Part shown: in pieces, positions 12,740 to 31,474 of the stretch
How the letters are laid out: every line of letters begins with the position of its first letter
How positions within the stretch are numbered: the stretch's first letter is position 1
Assembly (NCBI RefSeq): GCF_009914755.1
Contig: NC_060929.1
From: the human T2T-CHM13v2.0 reference genome, Homo sapiens
Strand: one strand, 5' to 3'
DNA length: 64,000 nucleotides
Position numbers and translations under genes: made by a program
Notes under the pieces: model-generated
Seen by the model: the letters and a program-made list of their open reading frames with translations, nothing else
Told to the model about the DNA's origin: nothing
Database searches by the model: none

Positions 12740-14030
12740 AAGAAGAAAATAAGAGTGATCCATAATCCAGAGATAACCATTGCTAACACTTTGGAGCATG
12801 GCCACTTTGGCATGCAGTTTTTCATATTTTTTAAATAAAAATTAATTTCCCCATATATTCACAGAGACATCCAAGTGTTATTATACAGTTCTGTGTAACA
12901 TATTTTTATGACTACATAGTTTACCAACAAATATTGTACCATAACTTATTTCAGTTATCCCCTCTTATTATTTTCCTTCTTTTCCATTTTTTGCTGTTTT
13001 GAAAATCTTGACTTAGAGCTTTACCATAGATCATAGATGAATTGTTCGTATCAATAACTGTCTTCTTGAGATAAATTTGTAAATGCTAATTTTCAAGTCA
13101 CAGCATAGGTATATGTTTAAATATTTAAATACTGCCATTTCTTGTCAAGATTGCTCATATAAATGTATACCTCCACCAGCAGTTTAATGAGATTCTCGTT
13201 TTTTAGTCAACAATGAGCAATTTCCTATGTTATAATCATTGCTAGTTTATTAGGCAAAAAGTATGCTTTATTGTGACTTAAATTGGCACCTCTTTTACTA
13301 AGAAGTAAGGCTAAAAAATTTAAGTATGCATTTATTAAACATGCATATACTTCATTTGTGAATTGCTATTATAAAATTAAATAAGCAGGAAGCCACTGGA
13401 CTGAGGCAGCCTTCACACTTTGAGTTCCTGCATAACAAACTGCAGCCTACCTTAGTATATAAACTAACTGAAAACCTAATTTAGTGATATAAGAAATAGC
13501 CAAGTCTGAGCCAATCACAGGCTGCCAATGGATCAGATTATGTCTAATAAATCTAACTGTAAGCTGTACCAATTAAACTGTACTTCACTTTCATTTTCTG
13601 TCTATAAATACTCCCTACCCATTACTGGATACTGGAGTTCTCTGAACCTCCCCTGGTTCTACGGGCTCTGATTCGTGAATTGTACTTTGCTCAATTAAAT
13701 TCTGCTAAATTTCATTTGTTGAAAGTTGTCCTTTTAAAACTACTTTACTTTAAATTTTTAAGCAAATAAATGGACTTGTAAGAGAGCTTTATATTTAGTA
13801 ACATAACATATAAAGGAAATATTTTTTTCTTGCTTCTCACTTGTCTTTTCATATATAGAAAATTTCCAATGGCTTGTGATAATTTGTTCAAAGTGAAAAG
13901 CCTCTCTTCAACTCCAATTTTTACATATATTTACAAATATTTTTCTCTTAGTATTTTATGGTTCGATTTTTTAAAAAAACTTTCACATTTTTAATCCTTC
14001 TGGGATTTAATTTCAAGTATTGTGTAGGTA
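12740..14030 (-). mobile_element. Very old L1M (L1ME-like) 3' remnants, interrupted by an LTR
   Basis: Antisense L1M-like motifs ('agataaccattgctaacacttt', 'tatacctccaccagcagt', 'tacttcatttgtgaattgc'); heavily diverged. Confidence 0.5.
13367..13739 (+). mobile_element. ERV1-class solo LTR (MER57/MER93 group)
   Basis: ~370 bp with 'aagcaggaagccactggactgaggc', CCAAT box (agccaatcac), TATA (ctataaata) and terminal 'ttcgtgaattgtactttgctcaattaaattctg...ccttttaa'. Confidence 0.7.
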
Positions 14031-14297
14031 GGAAACATTTCACTAGGTTGTAAAAATTTCATACTCTATAAACACGTATAAAATAGCACAGTACAGTTTA
14101 GTGTAATGCCCTTTCTCCTTTCCCATTTGTTTTACATGCTACATTTAGCATGTTCTCAATTAATAGGTATACATATGTTAGTGGATGTTCTGTTTTATGT
14201 ATGTATTACTAATATCATTACTGGATTTTTTTCATATATCTATCTAATTTTCTATCATCATCTATTTATCTGTCTGACATCTGGACTTGAAGTCATT

Positions 14298-14890
14298 TGT
14301 ACTACTTTCATATTGCTCCTGTAACAAGTTATCATAGACAGTGGTTGGAAACAACACGAATGTATTATCTTGTCATTTGTGCTAGTTTCATATTGCTGCT
14401 GTAACAAATTATTATAATCTTAGTGGTTGCTAAAAACATGCATGTATTATCTTGTTCTCCCAGAGGTTAGAAGTCTGAAATAGGTCTCACTAGGCTAAAA
14501 TCAAGATATTGGCAGTGCTTCATTCCATCTGAAGTCTCTAAGGGAGAATCCCTTTTCTTGATTTTTCCAGTTTATAGAGACTGCCCATATTCTTTAGCTT
14601 GTGACAATCCCTTTTCTTGTTCCAAGCAAGGAACACATCAGACCTCTGCTTCCATCATTGACACATCTCCTTTTCTGATTTTTGATGCTCCTGCCTTCCT
14701 TTGTCACTTATAAGGATCTTTATATTACAGGAGGTCCAGAGAGTAATATAACATTATCTCAAGTCAGCGATTAGCAACCTTACTTCCATCTGTAACCTAA
14801 ATTTCACCTTGTTATGTAGCATGACATGTTCATAGGCTCTGAGGATTCCAAAGTGGACATCTTTAGTAGGGCATAATACTGCCTAATGTA
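14298..14890 (-). mobile_element. MLT1 (D/E-like) MaLR LTR with duplicated terminus
   Basis: 'tgtgctagtttcatattgctgctgtaacaaatta...aagtctgaaataggtctcactaggctaaaatcaag...gtggacatcttt'; the first ~80 bp occur twice. Confidence 0.8.
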
Positions 14891-15253
14891 CCCTTTTAGA
14901 TAGACTTTGTTAACTTTCAAAGATTTTTCATGATTAATCATATCTTTAAATCTAATAAAGATTTAAACATTAAAGATGAAAATTGAACAACAAGGTTCAA
15001 TGATGATAATTTATATTTTTCCATTCTTTTGAAAGGGCCAAGTTTATTAGAAAAGACTTATAGCTAACATATTCTTATAACATTATAAATCTACTCAACA
15101 TGCGGTTATTTTTCCTTTCAAGTTCCTTTTTAGATTGTTTTCCATCTTTTATTCTTGAGTTAATTTGCTCCTGAAAAAGTTACTTGCATGGGTTCATATT
15201 TTATTTTGTTTCATCTACAAATAAAAGATTTAGTGATAAAAAGTACTGTTGTG

Positions 15254-15593
15254 TAATATGGTTTTTCTCTGTTTCCCCACCCAACTCTCACCTTGAATTG
15301 TAATAATCCCCAGGTGTCAAGGGTGAGGCCAGGTGGAGATAATTGAATCACAGGGGCGGTTTCTCCCATACTGTTCTCGTAATAGTGAGTAAGTCTCATG
15401 AGATCTGACGGTTTTATAAATGAGAGTTCCCCTGCACAAGCTCTTTTGCCTGCTGGATGTAAGAAGTGACTTTGCTTCTCTTTTGTGATTGTGAGGCACC
15501 TGTGGAACTGTGAGTCCATTAAACCTCTTTTTCTTTATAAATTACCCAGTCTTGAGTACGTCTTTATTAGTAGCATGAGAACAGACTAATACA
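15254..15593 (+). mobile_element. THE1B-like MaLR solo LTR
   Basis: Runs from t(a)atatggttt to gactaataca, with a perfect 5-bp TSD ttgtg (15249-15253 / 15594-15598). Confidence 0.92.
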
Positions 15594-17065
15594 TTGTGCT
15601 TACTATATATTTTTTTAATTTTTTAAAGCTTTCCGTATTCTTTCTCAGTACCTCCTACCTCTTTCCTAATTTCTAGTGTATAGTTACATGTTTTTTTATT
15701 TTGACTTTCACATTTACTCATAAATGTTATGAATTTGTCCCATACTTCAGGTTTGGCTAAACAATTCCCAATGTTTACTATATTGAGAAAACAAATTTTC
15801 ATGATTTAACTGTGGATTTAAGGATGATTAGGAGAATATTTTTATAAAAATTAAATTTTATAAAAATTAAAAGTAGTTCAGATGTTTTGGCTTATTTGAA
15901 ATTCCATTATTAAAATTTAAGGCGTTATATGAAAAAAAAAACTTGTAAAGTTTTGGTTTGGAGAATTTCTTAAAGCTTTTCTTTTACATCTTATAATATG
16001 CCCCACTTTTTACACAAGTACACATTGTAAAACAGTATTATTTTTAAATGAAGAGTTTTGTCATTTTGCCATTTGTTAATTTTAGTCTCAATCCCTCTAT
16101 TTCCATATTCATATCTATCTAGTCTACTAAAGAACAAGAAGACTGTTAATCTCATTTATATTAGTGGGGTTTCTTGTGATTATCTTCTTATAGGCTTAAA
16201 CATTTTTTAGATTAATTAACAAATTTATAGGTAATCTCTATTACACTTTCTTTGTCTATTACATTATTTGGATATGATGTAAACAGCATGTAATTACATA
16301 ATACTTTTTAATTCAGTCTGACTCATGTATTACTCATTTTCATTTATTACAACTGATTAATTTGTGTATCTGTTATTCCCTTCTCTACATGTATTATTAT
16401 ATTTTGCTAGAAATAACAATAAATACTATGTGCCAAACACTATTACACTTGACATTTGCCAAGATAGAATTCAGAAAAAATATAAACGACTTTGACTAAC
16501 ACAAAGAAAGATTTATAATGCTAAATGTCACAATTTAAAATGAAGATAAAATAATTATAAACATCTATGCATCCAGAAACAGTAATCTTCATGAAGCAGA
16601 AACTTCAGAAGATACAAAAGAAATAAACACACACCAAAAATTGAACTGTGACACAGCTTTCATGGAAAAATCAAGCAACTAAAATGTAAGTAAAAATATT
16701 GAAAATCTAAGACATTTAATGAGTAAAAAACTTAAAATAGATATTGATCTTGCACCAATAAGAGTACACACAAATTCTTTAATGAGTGAATATTAGCTCA
16801 CAAAGGAAAATCTCAGTAGGTTCAATAAGATAAAATTATTAAAAATGATATCTATTCGCTATAAAATACTAAAGTTAAAAATACGTAATACAAATTTTAG
16901 AACACAGAGTTAAATAGCTTTTGAATAGAATATTGCAGTATTTCTTAAAAAAAGATAAGAAAAGCACTACATATTAGCCCCTGTGCAATACAATTAAAAT
17001 ACTAACAGGAATATTATTTATAAGTAAATGCTAAATTAATATAAGTAAGACTGCAATAAGGCCAT

Positions 17066-17387
17066 TTTTTTTTCTTTTTTTCTTTTTCTTTTTTTTTTTT
17101 TTTTTTTGAGACGGAGTCTCGCTGTGTCGCCCAGGCTGGAGTGCAGTGACGCGATCTCCGCTCACTGCAAGCTCCGCCTCCATGTTCACACCATTCTGCC
17201 TCAGCCTCCTGGTAGCTGGGACTACAGGCCCGTGCCACCATGCCCGGCTAATTTTTTTGTACTTTTTTTAGTAGATATGGGGTTTCACCATGTTAGCCAG
17301 GATGGTCTTGATCTCCTGACCTCATGGTCTGCCCACCTCGGCCTCCCAAAGTGCTGGGATTACAGGCGTGAGCCACCGTGCCCAGCC
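17066..17387 (-). mobile_element. AluY SINE
   Basis: Antisense Alu with gcaagctccgcctcc and gttagccaggatggtcttgatctcctgacctcat, long T-rich tail, possible short TSD ggccat. Confidence 0.93.
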
Positions 17388-19919
17388 GGCCATCAAATTT
17401 TTGATAATAAAATATTGTGGAAAGAAAGAATACAATAAAGGTTAAAACAAAAAAAAAAAGAAAACAGAAAAATAACAAATAAATGAATCAAATATGGATT
17501 ATTTATAAAGAATAGACAAAACAGAACAACTATTAGCTAATTTAATCAATAAAATTAAAAGGATAAAAGTAAAAATACACAAAATGAGATATTACAAGAA
17601 AAACATAAACATTTAAATTCAGAAAATTAAAAAAATCAGGCTATTTTGCACATATTTTTATAAATACCTTTAAATAATAAAAGAATTACATGATATCCTA
17701 GCAAGAATATAATAATCCAAATCAACTCAAGCAGACAAAGAAAACTAAATTGACAAACTTCCATTGAATCAACAGATAAATTTATCTAAAATGTAAGACA
17801 TGTTATTCCAGCCCCACATCCCACAAAAAAAAAAGCAATGTAGTAAAATATCATCAAGGAAAATTCTATGCATTTAGCCCAAAACAGATAATTCCAATTC
17901 TACTTTTCTAGTACATGAAAAAAAAGCCACCTCCAAATATATTTTGAATAAAGGAAACATTGATAGCTATGTACAATGTTTATATTGCACAAAAAGTAAA
18001 AATTAGAGAAAAATCCTAAATAAAATGTTAGCTAACATAATTTTAGCATATTAAATAATAAACCATGACCTAATTTATTATAGTAATATGAGGATAATTC
18101 AATATTAATATACTTCACATATTAATTCATAATAGCAATGTTCTGATTACCTCTACTAATGTTGAAAAGGCATTCAACAAAATTCAATACCAACTGCTAA
18201 TTTAATATAAACAGACCAAAACAGTTAATGGAAGAAAAATCAATGGATATTTTATTAATATGGTAAAATAGATATACCTTATTTCAAAAGTCAGCATTTA
18301 AAAAAATGTGTAAACAGTGGACACTTTACCACCAAGGTCAAAAAGTTTGAAGATTTGAATACTATTACCAATATGATTTTTTGGAGGTTTATTTTAAGTG
18401 CTGGTAAATGCTCTTAGGTAAGAGATGTTGAGACATATAAGCACTGGAAAAGAATAGATAAGATTATGTCTATTGCCATAGGATAGGATAATGTACCTAA
18501 GAAAATCAATAAAATAAGTAAGTGTAAGAGTATTCATTGGGGTAGCAGAATAATAATTAATATACAAAAATAAATAAATTTCATTTAACAAATGATAACT
18601 CATTAGAAGACATAATGGAGGAGAAGATTTAGGCAGGAAAAAAAGATAAAATGCCCAGAAACACAAAGAAGAAAAGTACAAAATTTAGAAAGAATTAGAC
18701 TAAACCTGAATATCACAATGAGAGGTTTGAATACATGGAAAGACATTTTTGTTTTTAGGTAGCATAATTCAACATCATAAATATGCCAATTCATCCCAAG
18801 TTAATATATAAATTAAATGCAATCTTAATAATATTTTTTGTGTGAAAAACAAGTAATGCAGAACAGGCAGGTAAAAACCTCCTAAAAGTAGAAAAAACAG
18901 GCAAAGGGTAAATATAAAATAAAATGTGGTATATGGTAAAACTGACTTCTAAAATATGTGGGGGAAAATAAAGACTTTAAAACATTTGTTGAGATAACTG
19001 GGTAACCATTTAGAAAAACATAAATGGGTCTCAGAAACCTATGTGTAAGATAAATGAAACCATAGATTCACTGGAGTAAAATATGCATTAATTCCTTTAT
19101 AATCTGGGAACATGAAAGACCTTGCTGATAATTGTTGACTCAAAACTCAGAAGCAGTAAGAGGCCTGATAAATTCAAATACCTGAAGAATAAAAAGCCTG
19201 TGTGTGGCGGGGGATGCTTAGGTTGGGGTTGGAGGAGAAGTTCCATAAACAAAATTAATATGATGAACTAGGAGAAAATATTTCCAACTTCTTTCATAAA
19301 CAAAGGAATATTCCCCAAGTAAAGAGTTCATAAAAATTAAATAAAATGATAATAAATATGAGAATAATTCAAAGAAAAGACAAATGACTCTAAAAAACAT
19401 GAACACATGCTCAATGTCACTTACACAAAGAGCAGTGTAAATCAAAATTACACTGAAATACCACTTCTTACTAGCAGGTTGGCAAAAATTCAAAAGTTTG
19501 TTCACACACTCAGTTGGCAAAGGTTTGGAGAATACTTATTATGTATTGCTGATAAGCATGAAAAATTGTGCAGATCCACTGGAGAATTACTTGGCACTAT
19601 CAAGAAAAATTACCTATACATTCTACCTCTAACCCAGGAATTTCACTTCATGAAATCCACCTTTAAAATAGACCTCCACAAACATAAAACAATGTATGCA
19701 CAAGGTTTTTTATGTAGCTTATTTATAAGAGCAAAACACCAGCTAAATGCCCATCAATAGGAGCAAGTAAGGTACAAAATGAAGTATTACGTTTCATTTT
19801 GTATTACGTAGTTGGGAAGGTCCTCTGTAGTACTACCAATTGGCCATCAAATACTTTTTCTTTTCAAAAGATAGTAGAATTTTACTTTTTGGGTAAAAAA
19901 TATGGAGGAGGCAAATTTT

Positions 19920-19921
<2 letters not shown>

Positions 19922-19951
<30 letters not shown>
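19922..19951. repeat. (CA)n microsatellite
   Basis: acacatacacacacacacacacacacacac. Confidence 0.95.
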
Positions 19952-19952
<1 letters not shown>

Positions 19953-20275
19953 GTTGTGTGTTGCTTAATGATGTGGATATGTTCTGAGAAATGCATCATT
20001 AGGCAATATCATTATACGACCATCATAGGGTATACTTACACAAACCTAGATGCTATAGCCTACTACACACCTGGGCTATATGGTATAGCCTATTGCTCCT
20101 AGGCTATAAACCTGTACAGCATGTTACTGTACTGAACACTGTAGACAATTGTAACAAAATGATATTTGCATATCTAAACATAGAAGAGGTGCAGTGAAGA
20201 TGCGTTTTTATAATCTTATGAGACCACTGTTGTACATGCATTCCAGTCTTGACTGAAACATATGACACATAATTG
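19951..20275 (+). mobile_element. Tigger3a (MER7A) non-autonomous DNA transposon
   Basis: Near full-length match to the recalled consensus ('gttctgagaaatgcatcattaggc', 'acacaaacctagatg.tatagcctactacacacct.ggctatatggtatagcctattgctcctaggcta') with decayed TIRs. Confidence 0.88.
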
Positions 20276-20714
20276 TGAATGTGTGGTGTGTGCGTATATG
20301 TGTCTCTGAAAAATTGAAACAAATTTAAGGTAAAGCAAATATGAGAAAATGTTATCAATCAATCTAGGTGGTATAAATGTAGATATACATTGTATTTGTC
20401 TTCTGCTGTTTCTATATTTGAAAATTTTCATAAATTAAAAAGGAAAAAAGCAAATAAATGTGGTAAGGATGACATTTGGTTTTTCCACATTCAAGATAAA
20501 AAAATTAGCATATATTTATAATCTGCCTTTGTTTTCCCAATCATATAACCATAATGTAAATTTTGGATCTTAGATTGTTATTTAGATTAAAATTTACATT
20601 AAGTTTTATATTTTCATTCTGATTGTCAATGGTCTCAATTGTGATTATTTATATACATTGTTTGGTTTACCATTTTCAATGCTCTCATGAAAACACTTTA
20701 TACTATGGTTTTAG

Positions 20715-20950
<236 letters not shown>

Positions 20951-21236
20951 AAATATATCTTTTGAGATCTACCAAGTCTCAGTTAAAGTTTTCATATGAA
21001 CAATTTGAATGTTAACTTGCCTGTAAGTGAAATTCTTTGAGTTCTTTGTAACTGAAACTTTGTTTATTGTATTCTGAAGTTTACTTTGTGCAGGAGAATC
21101 ATGGGATCAGTCACATTTTTTTAAAAGTTTATTTGCTAATTTTTGTTTTGCTTTTCTTCTTGGATGCTTTTAGACCTAATTTCTCTCTTGAGTTAAATAT
21201 TTTTCAAGAATCTTTAAATAAATTAATATCTTAATC

Positions 21237-21719
21237 TGTATTTGTTTCCTATTACTGTAATGAATTGCCAAAAATGTAGCAGCTTGAAACAACACATATG
21301 TTTTCTTTTACAATTCTGGAAAGCAGAAATCCAAAATAAATCTCACTGGGCTGAAATAAAGGTTTGTTGGGAGGGCTTGGCTCCTTCTTGGAAGCTCCAG
21401 GGGAGAATCTGTTCTTTGCCTCTTCCAGTTTTTGGCGGCTGCTGGCATTTCTTGGGTTGTGGCTGCATCACTCCAATCTCTGCTTCCCTGGTCAAACTGA
21501 CTTCCCCACTTCTGTGGTAGACTATCCCATACTCTCCTTTCCCAAGGACACTTGTGATTACATTTAGAACCCACCCAGATAATCCAGGATCATCTCCCCA
21601 TTTAAAAATCCTTAATTTAATATATCTGCAAAGTCCCTTTTCTGTACAGGGTGACATTTATAGATTTCAGAGATTGGGATGTAAATATCTTGGGGGGGGC
21701 ATTATTTAGCCTACCCCAC
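21237..21719 (-). mobile_element. MLT1C/D MaLR solo LTR
   Basis: 'tgtatttgtttcctattactg...gaagctccaggggagaatctg...gataatccaggatcatctcccca...ggggggcattatttagcctacc'. Confidence 0.85.
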
Positions 21720-24134
21720 TCTTAAATTGATTAGCTTATTTATATGATTTCAGGTGTTGTTTATTTGCTTATCTGTTTGTTTTTAGATCAAGAAATAATT
21801 CTGTTTATACTTTTGTTTCTTTTCCTGGAAAATTAATAATACTTAATCATTGGATTGGATTTCAGTTCTTTATCTTTTCACATGTTATTTAACTAGATTT
21901 TAATCATTCCCCTTTCTCTGCATTCTGGGTAAGCCTCTCAGATTTATCCTCCATACGACTAACTTGATTTTCTATAATCAAATCCAATTGGGACTACCTC
22001 CAATGTGGATTTTTATTATGCCACTCTGATGGTGCCAGGCCCCTCCACCCCGCCTTTCATCTTAACTCAGACAGTTTTCTCCTTAAGGCTTCTTGCTTCT
22101 GCTTCATGTAACTCATTTCCTCTTGCATTATTTCAAAGACAACAAGCTGCTGCTTGCTTAGAAAAAATACCTATTTTTCTTATGAAGGTTATTTTCAAAG
22201 TTATATTTTTCTTATGACTATTAGGTATAATTTTCTTTTTATTTATGTTCTTGTGGTAATTCACAGATTTATTTTTATTTGCCTTGAATGGGTAGAGTAT
22301 TTGCCCTCAGGGTAGATACCAGGTCTCACAGCTTCTGTCACTATTTGAGTAGTAGGTGGTTTATCCTCTTAAATCTCAGCCTGAAGCACCAGCCTAAGCT
22401 TGATTTGCAATTCGTAGAGTAGTTCTGTAAACTGTACTTGGATCATCTGCTGCCTCAACGCTAAGATTCTCTTGTTCCAACATTCACTTACTATTGGAAT
22501 TTTCTTAGAACATAAAAAGCTATATACTATCTAATTCCTTTACTTCTTCCCCAGTGCTGCTTCTTGCTTTTTCAATTCTATACTTCTGAACACAACTTTT
22601 GGATCAACCTAGTTCTACTTAGGTATAAGAGGGAGAGAAGCCAATGCATGTTGGAGATAGGGCTGTTCACTGTGTTCTGAATTTTTTTTATGTCCTATCT
22701 TATTTATGGGATTTATTTTGGTCCAGAATGTGGATTGTTTTGTATATATTACAAGAATGTGTCATGACTTATCAAGCAGAATTCTCATCCAGATTTAGGT
22801 CTGTAGTCTTTTCTTCGGTTCACTTCGGGTTATTGCTGAATCCAAGAGTTCTCTAATTGGTGACTGGAAGGAACAATATCATACATATGTTATCTACCAC
22901 CATTTTAATTCTGAAGCCTCCAAGTGTTTTCTAAACCCCTTTTCTCTTTCCAACAGCAAATAATGTTCAGAGATATTTTCTTCTAGATCATGGAGTAGAA
23001 CTTCATTAGGTCTTCTGCAACAATCTTGTATACATAAATATTGTGTTTGTCTCCCTTTCTTCTTTCCTTTCTTCCTTCCCTCTCTGCCTCATTCCTCCCC
23101 TGGTTCCTTCCTTTCCTCCTTCATTCCACTTGTCCCTCTCCTCATTTAAAAATGAAAACCATTCAGTCCAGAGTGTTTAAAAAGTGTGCCTGACTTTCTC
23201 TTAACTACCTACACTTTGTAGTGGGGTAATCGTTAGATCTTTATCTAAAGATTACATTGTTACGTATTACCCCCTTCCTGGCTGTCAGCATCTAGTAAGC
23301 AATTGCCCACTGTGGCTTTGCTACACTTGAAATAATGTATTTTCAGTGCCTGTTCTGTGACTCCCACATGTAGTATGAGAAAAACTTCCATCTCTAGCCT
23401 GTACTCATGAGTGCTCACATGTCACATAAACAGGTCAGCCACTGATCATTTTCTACCAAACTTGTAAGTGACAGTTTACAATTTACAGATTCTACATATC
23501 TAGAAGATACAAAAATAAAGACATCCAAAGGATGTGAATAAAAGTTTACATTTGAGGCCATTCCACAATGTCAAAGTCAGCAGTGATAAGGAAAATATGT
23601 TTAAAATATTAATACTATTAAAAAGTGATAGCAATTGAGAAGTAAAACACATGAATTGCTGTGAATCAAAAGAAAAAATGCAAAATGCAACGAATGGGGC
23701 TTAAGTTTTAAATCTGCTGAGCTCATAGTACAGCAGCAGAGGACATCAAGATATTCTATTACCTGTGGGAAATAGATACTGGGTATGTTCTCAATATCCT
23801 CTCAGGGTAGAAGCCTCTAAGAACCAACGTTGACCTACTTCTGGACAAGGAGACCAAAAGTATGTGTGGAGGAAAAATGAAAAGTCCTTCCACAGAGATA
23901 GGTGAACACAGAAGGAAAGAAGAGGGAGGAACAAAACTTAGAAGTACATGCCTGGCTCAAAAGAAGCCTCTAAATCAAAATTTAAAAACATATTGGTAAA
24001 TCTATAGAAAAGTTATTATAGGCAGTCAATAACTGAGAAGTTATTAGCTACAGAAAAAAATAAAAATGATGGAAGAAACTAAAAATTGAAAAGTGTATGG
24101 GAATCTATCTAAACTGTGTATCTGTCATCCATAC

Positions 24135-24135
<1 letters not shown>

Positions 24136-24186
<51 letters not shown>
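24136..24186. repeat. (TCTA)n / GATA tetranucleotide microsatellite
   Basis: About 12 perfect tcta units. Confidence 0.95.
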
Positions 24187-24556
24187 GCACACACATTTTC
24201 CCCCAAGGAATTAGAAAGCAATACAAGTAGTAAAAAAGCTAGAATAGTTGACGGACACGAACTTTCTTCACAACAACGTTCCATTACCCATTCTTTACCT
24301 TTCAAGAATTTGAGACATCATTAAGGCAGCAGCAATAGCAGAGAAATAATTCTGATCTGGCATTCCAGGATAAAATATTTTTTTCCCCCTACTTTCTAAG
24401 GTATCCAGAAGGAGTTACACAGACAGAAGTTGTGGTTGTTTTTCTGTTTTCTTTTTGGGAAAGGTAGCCCTTTGATAGTTATTTTATTCCTTCCATTTTA
24501 ATTGCTCTATTTAGATTTTCTAGATATTCTTTATTCCTTTTTTTAAAAAATACAAT

Positions 24557-25020
24557 CTTTTTATTTTGAAATAATTTTTGATCTACAGGAAAATTGTGAA
24601 GACAGTACAGAAAATTCTCAGATATTCTCTAACTAGTTCCCCTCAATGCCAACTAACATCTTAAATAACCAAGGTACATTTTCAAAAATAAGAAATTAAC
24701 GTTAGTACAGTTTTATTAACTAAACCGCAAACTACATTTGGATTTTGTCTATTTTTGCACTAATATCCCTTTTCTGTTCTAGGATCCATTCCAGGATCCT
24801 ACATTGCATTTAGTCAGCGTGTCTCCCGAGTCTCCTCTGATGTAGAACAGTTGGCTATCTTTCCTTGTTCATGACCTTGACAATTTTGAAAAGTACTGAT
24901 TAGATATTTTGTAAAATGTCCCTCAATTTGGATTTATCTGATCTTTCACTTAATTAGACTGGGAATATAGGCTTTGGAAAAAATATCACAGAGTGAATAC
25001 CTTCTAATTATAAGAGAGCA
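24557..25020 (-). mobile_element. L1MC-type 3'UTR fragment
   Basis: 'ttttattttgaaataatttt.gatctacaggaaaattg...ccaggatcctacattgcatttagt...aaaatgtccctcaatttgg'. Confidence 0.75.
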
Positions 25021-25100
25021 CAAGATTTTGAATTTATTTATTAGTCCTACTATTTTGCTCTTTCTGAATTCAAAAATTCAGCTTCGTATCTATATGGGTC

Positions 25101-31298
<6,198 letters not shown>

Positions 31299-31474
31299 AT
31301 GATAGCTTTTCGATTCCAACTTACCCCCCAGAGGTAATAGCTCTTATCAAGAGTGGGTCAGTTGAGTATTATTTTAGAAATCATTTGTAGACTTAAACAT
31401 ATATCTTTACTCTTTCAACAATGTTTACAAAAATTCAATTTCCTAAATTAAATTATTTACTAATTAAAATATCT

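Larger units (their letters stand above)
16420..20450 (+). mobile_element. Old L1M (L1MC/ME-like) ORF2 and 3'UTR remnants, interrupted by AluY, (CA)n and Tigger3a
   Basis: A-rich plus strand with decayed ORF2 motifs ('gaaaaggcattcaacaaaattcaatacc', 'atacatggaaagacatttt') and 3'UTR motifs ('tacactgaaataccactt', 'aaatgcccatcaatagg'). Confidence 0.65.

Noticed and set aside
15837-15872. Repeated palindromic atttttataaaaattaa
   Set aside because: Low-complexity AT sequence; a short slippage repeat.
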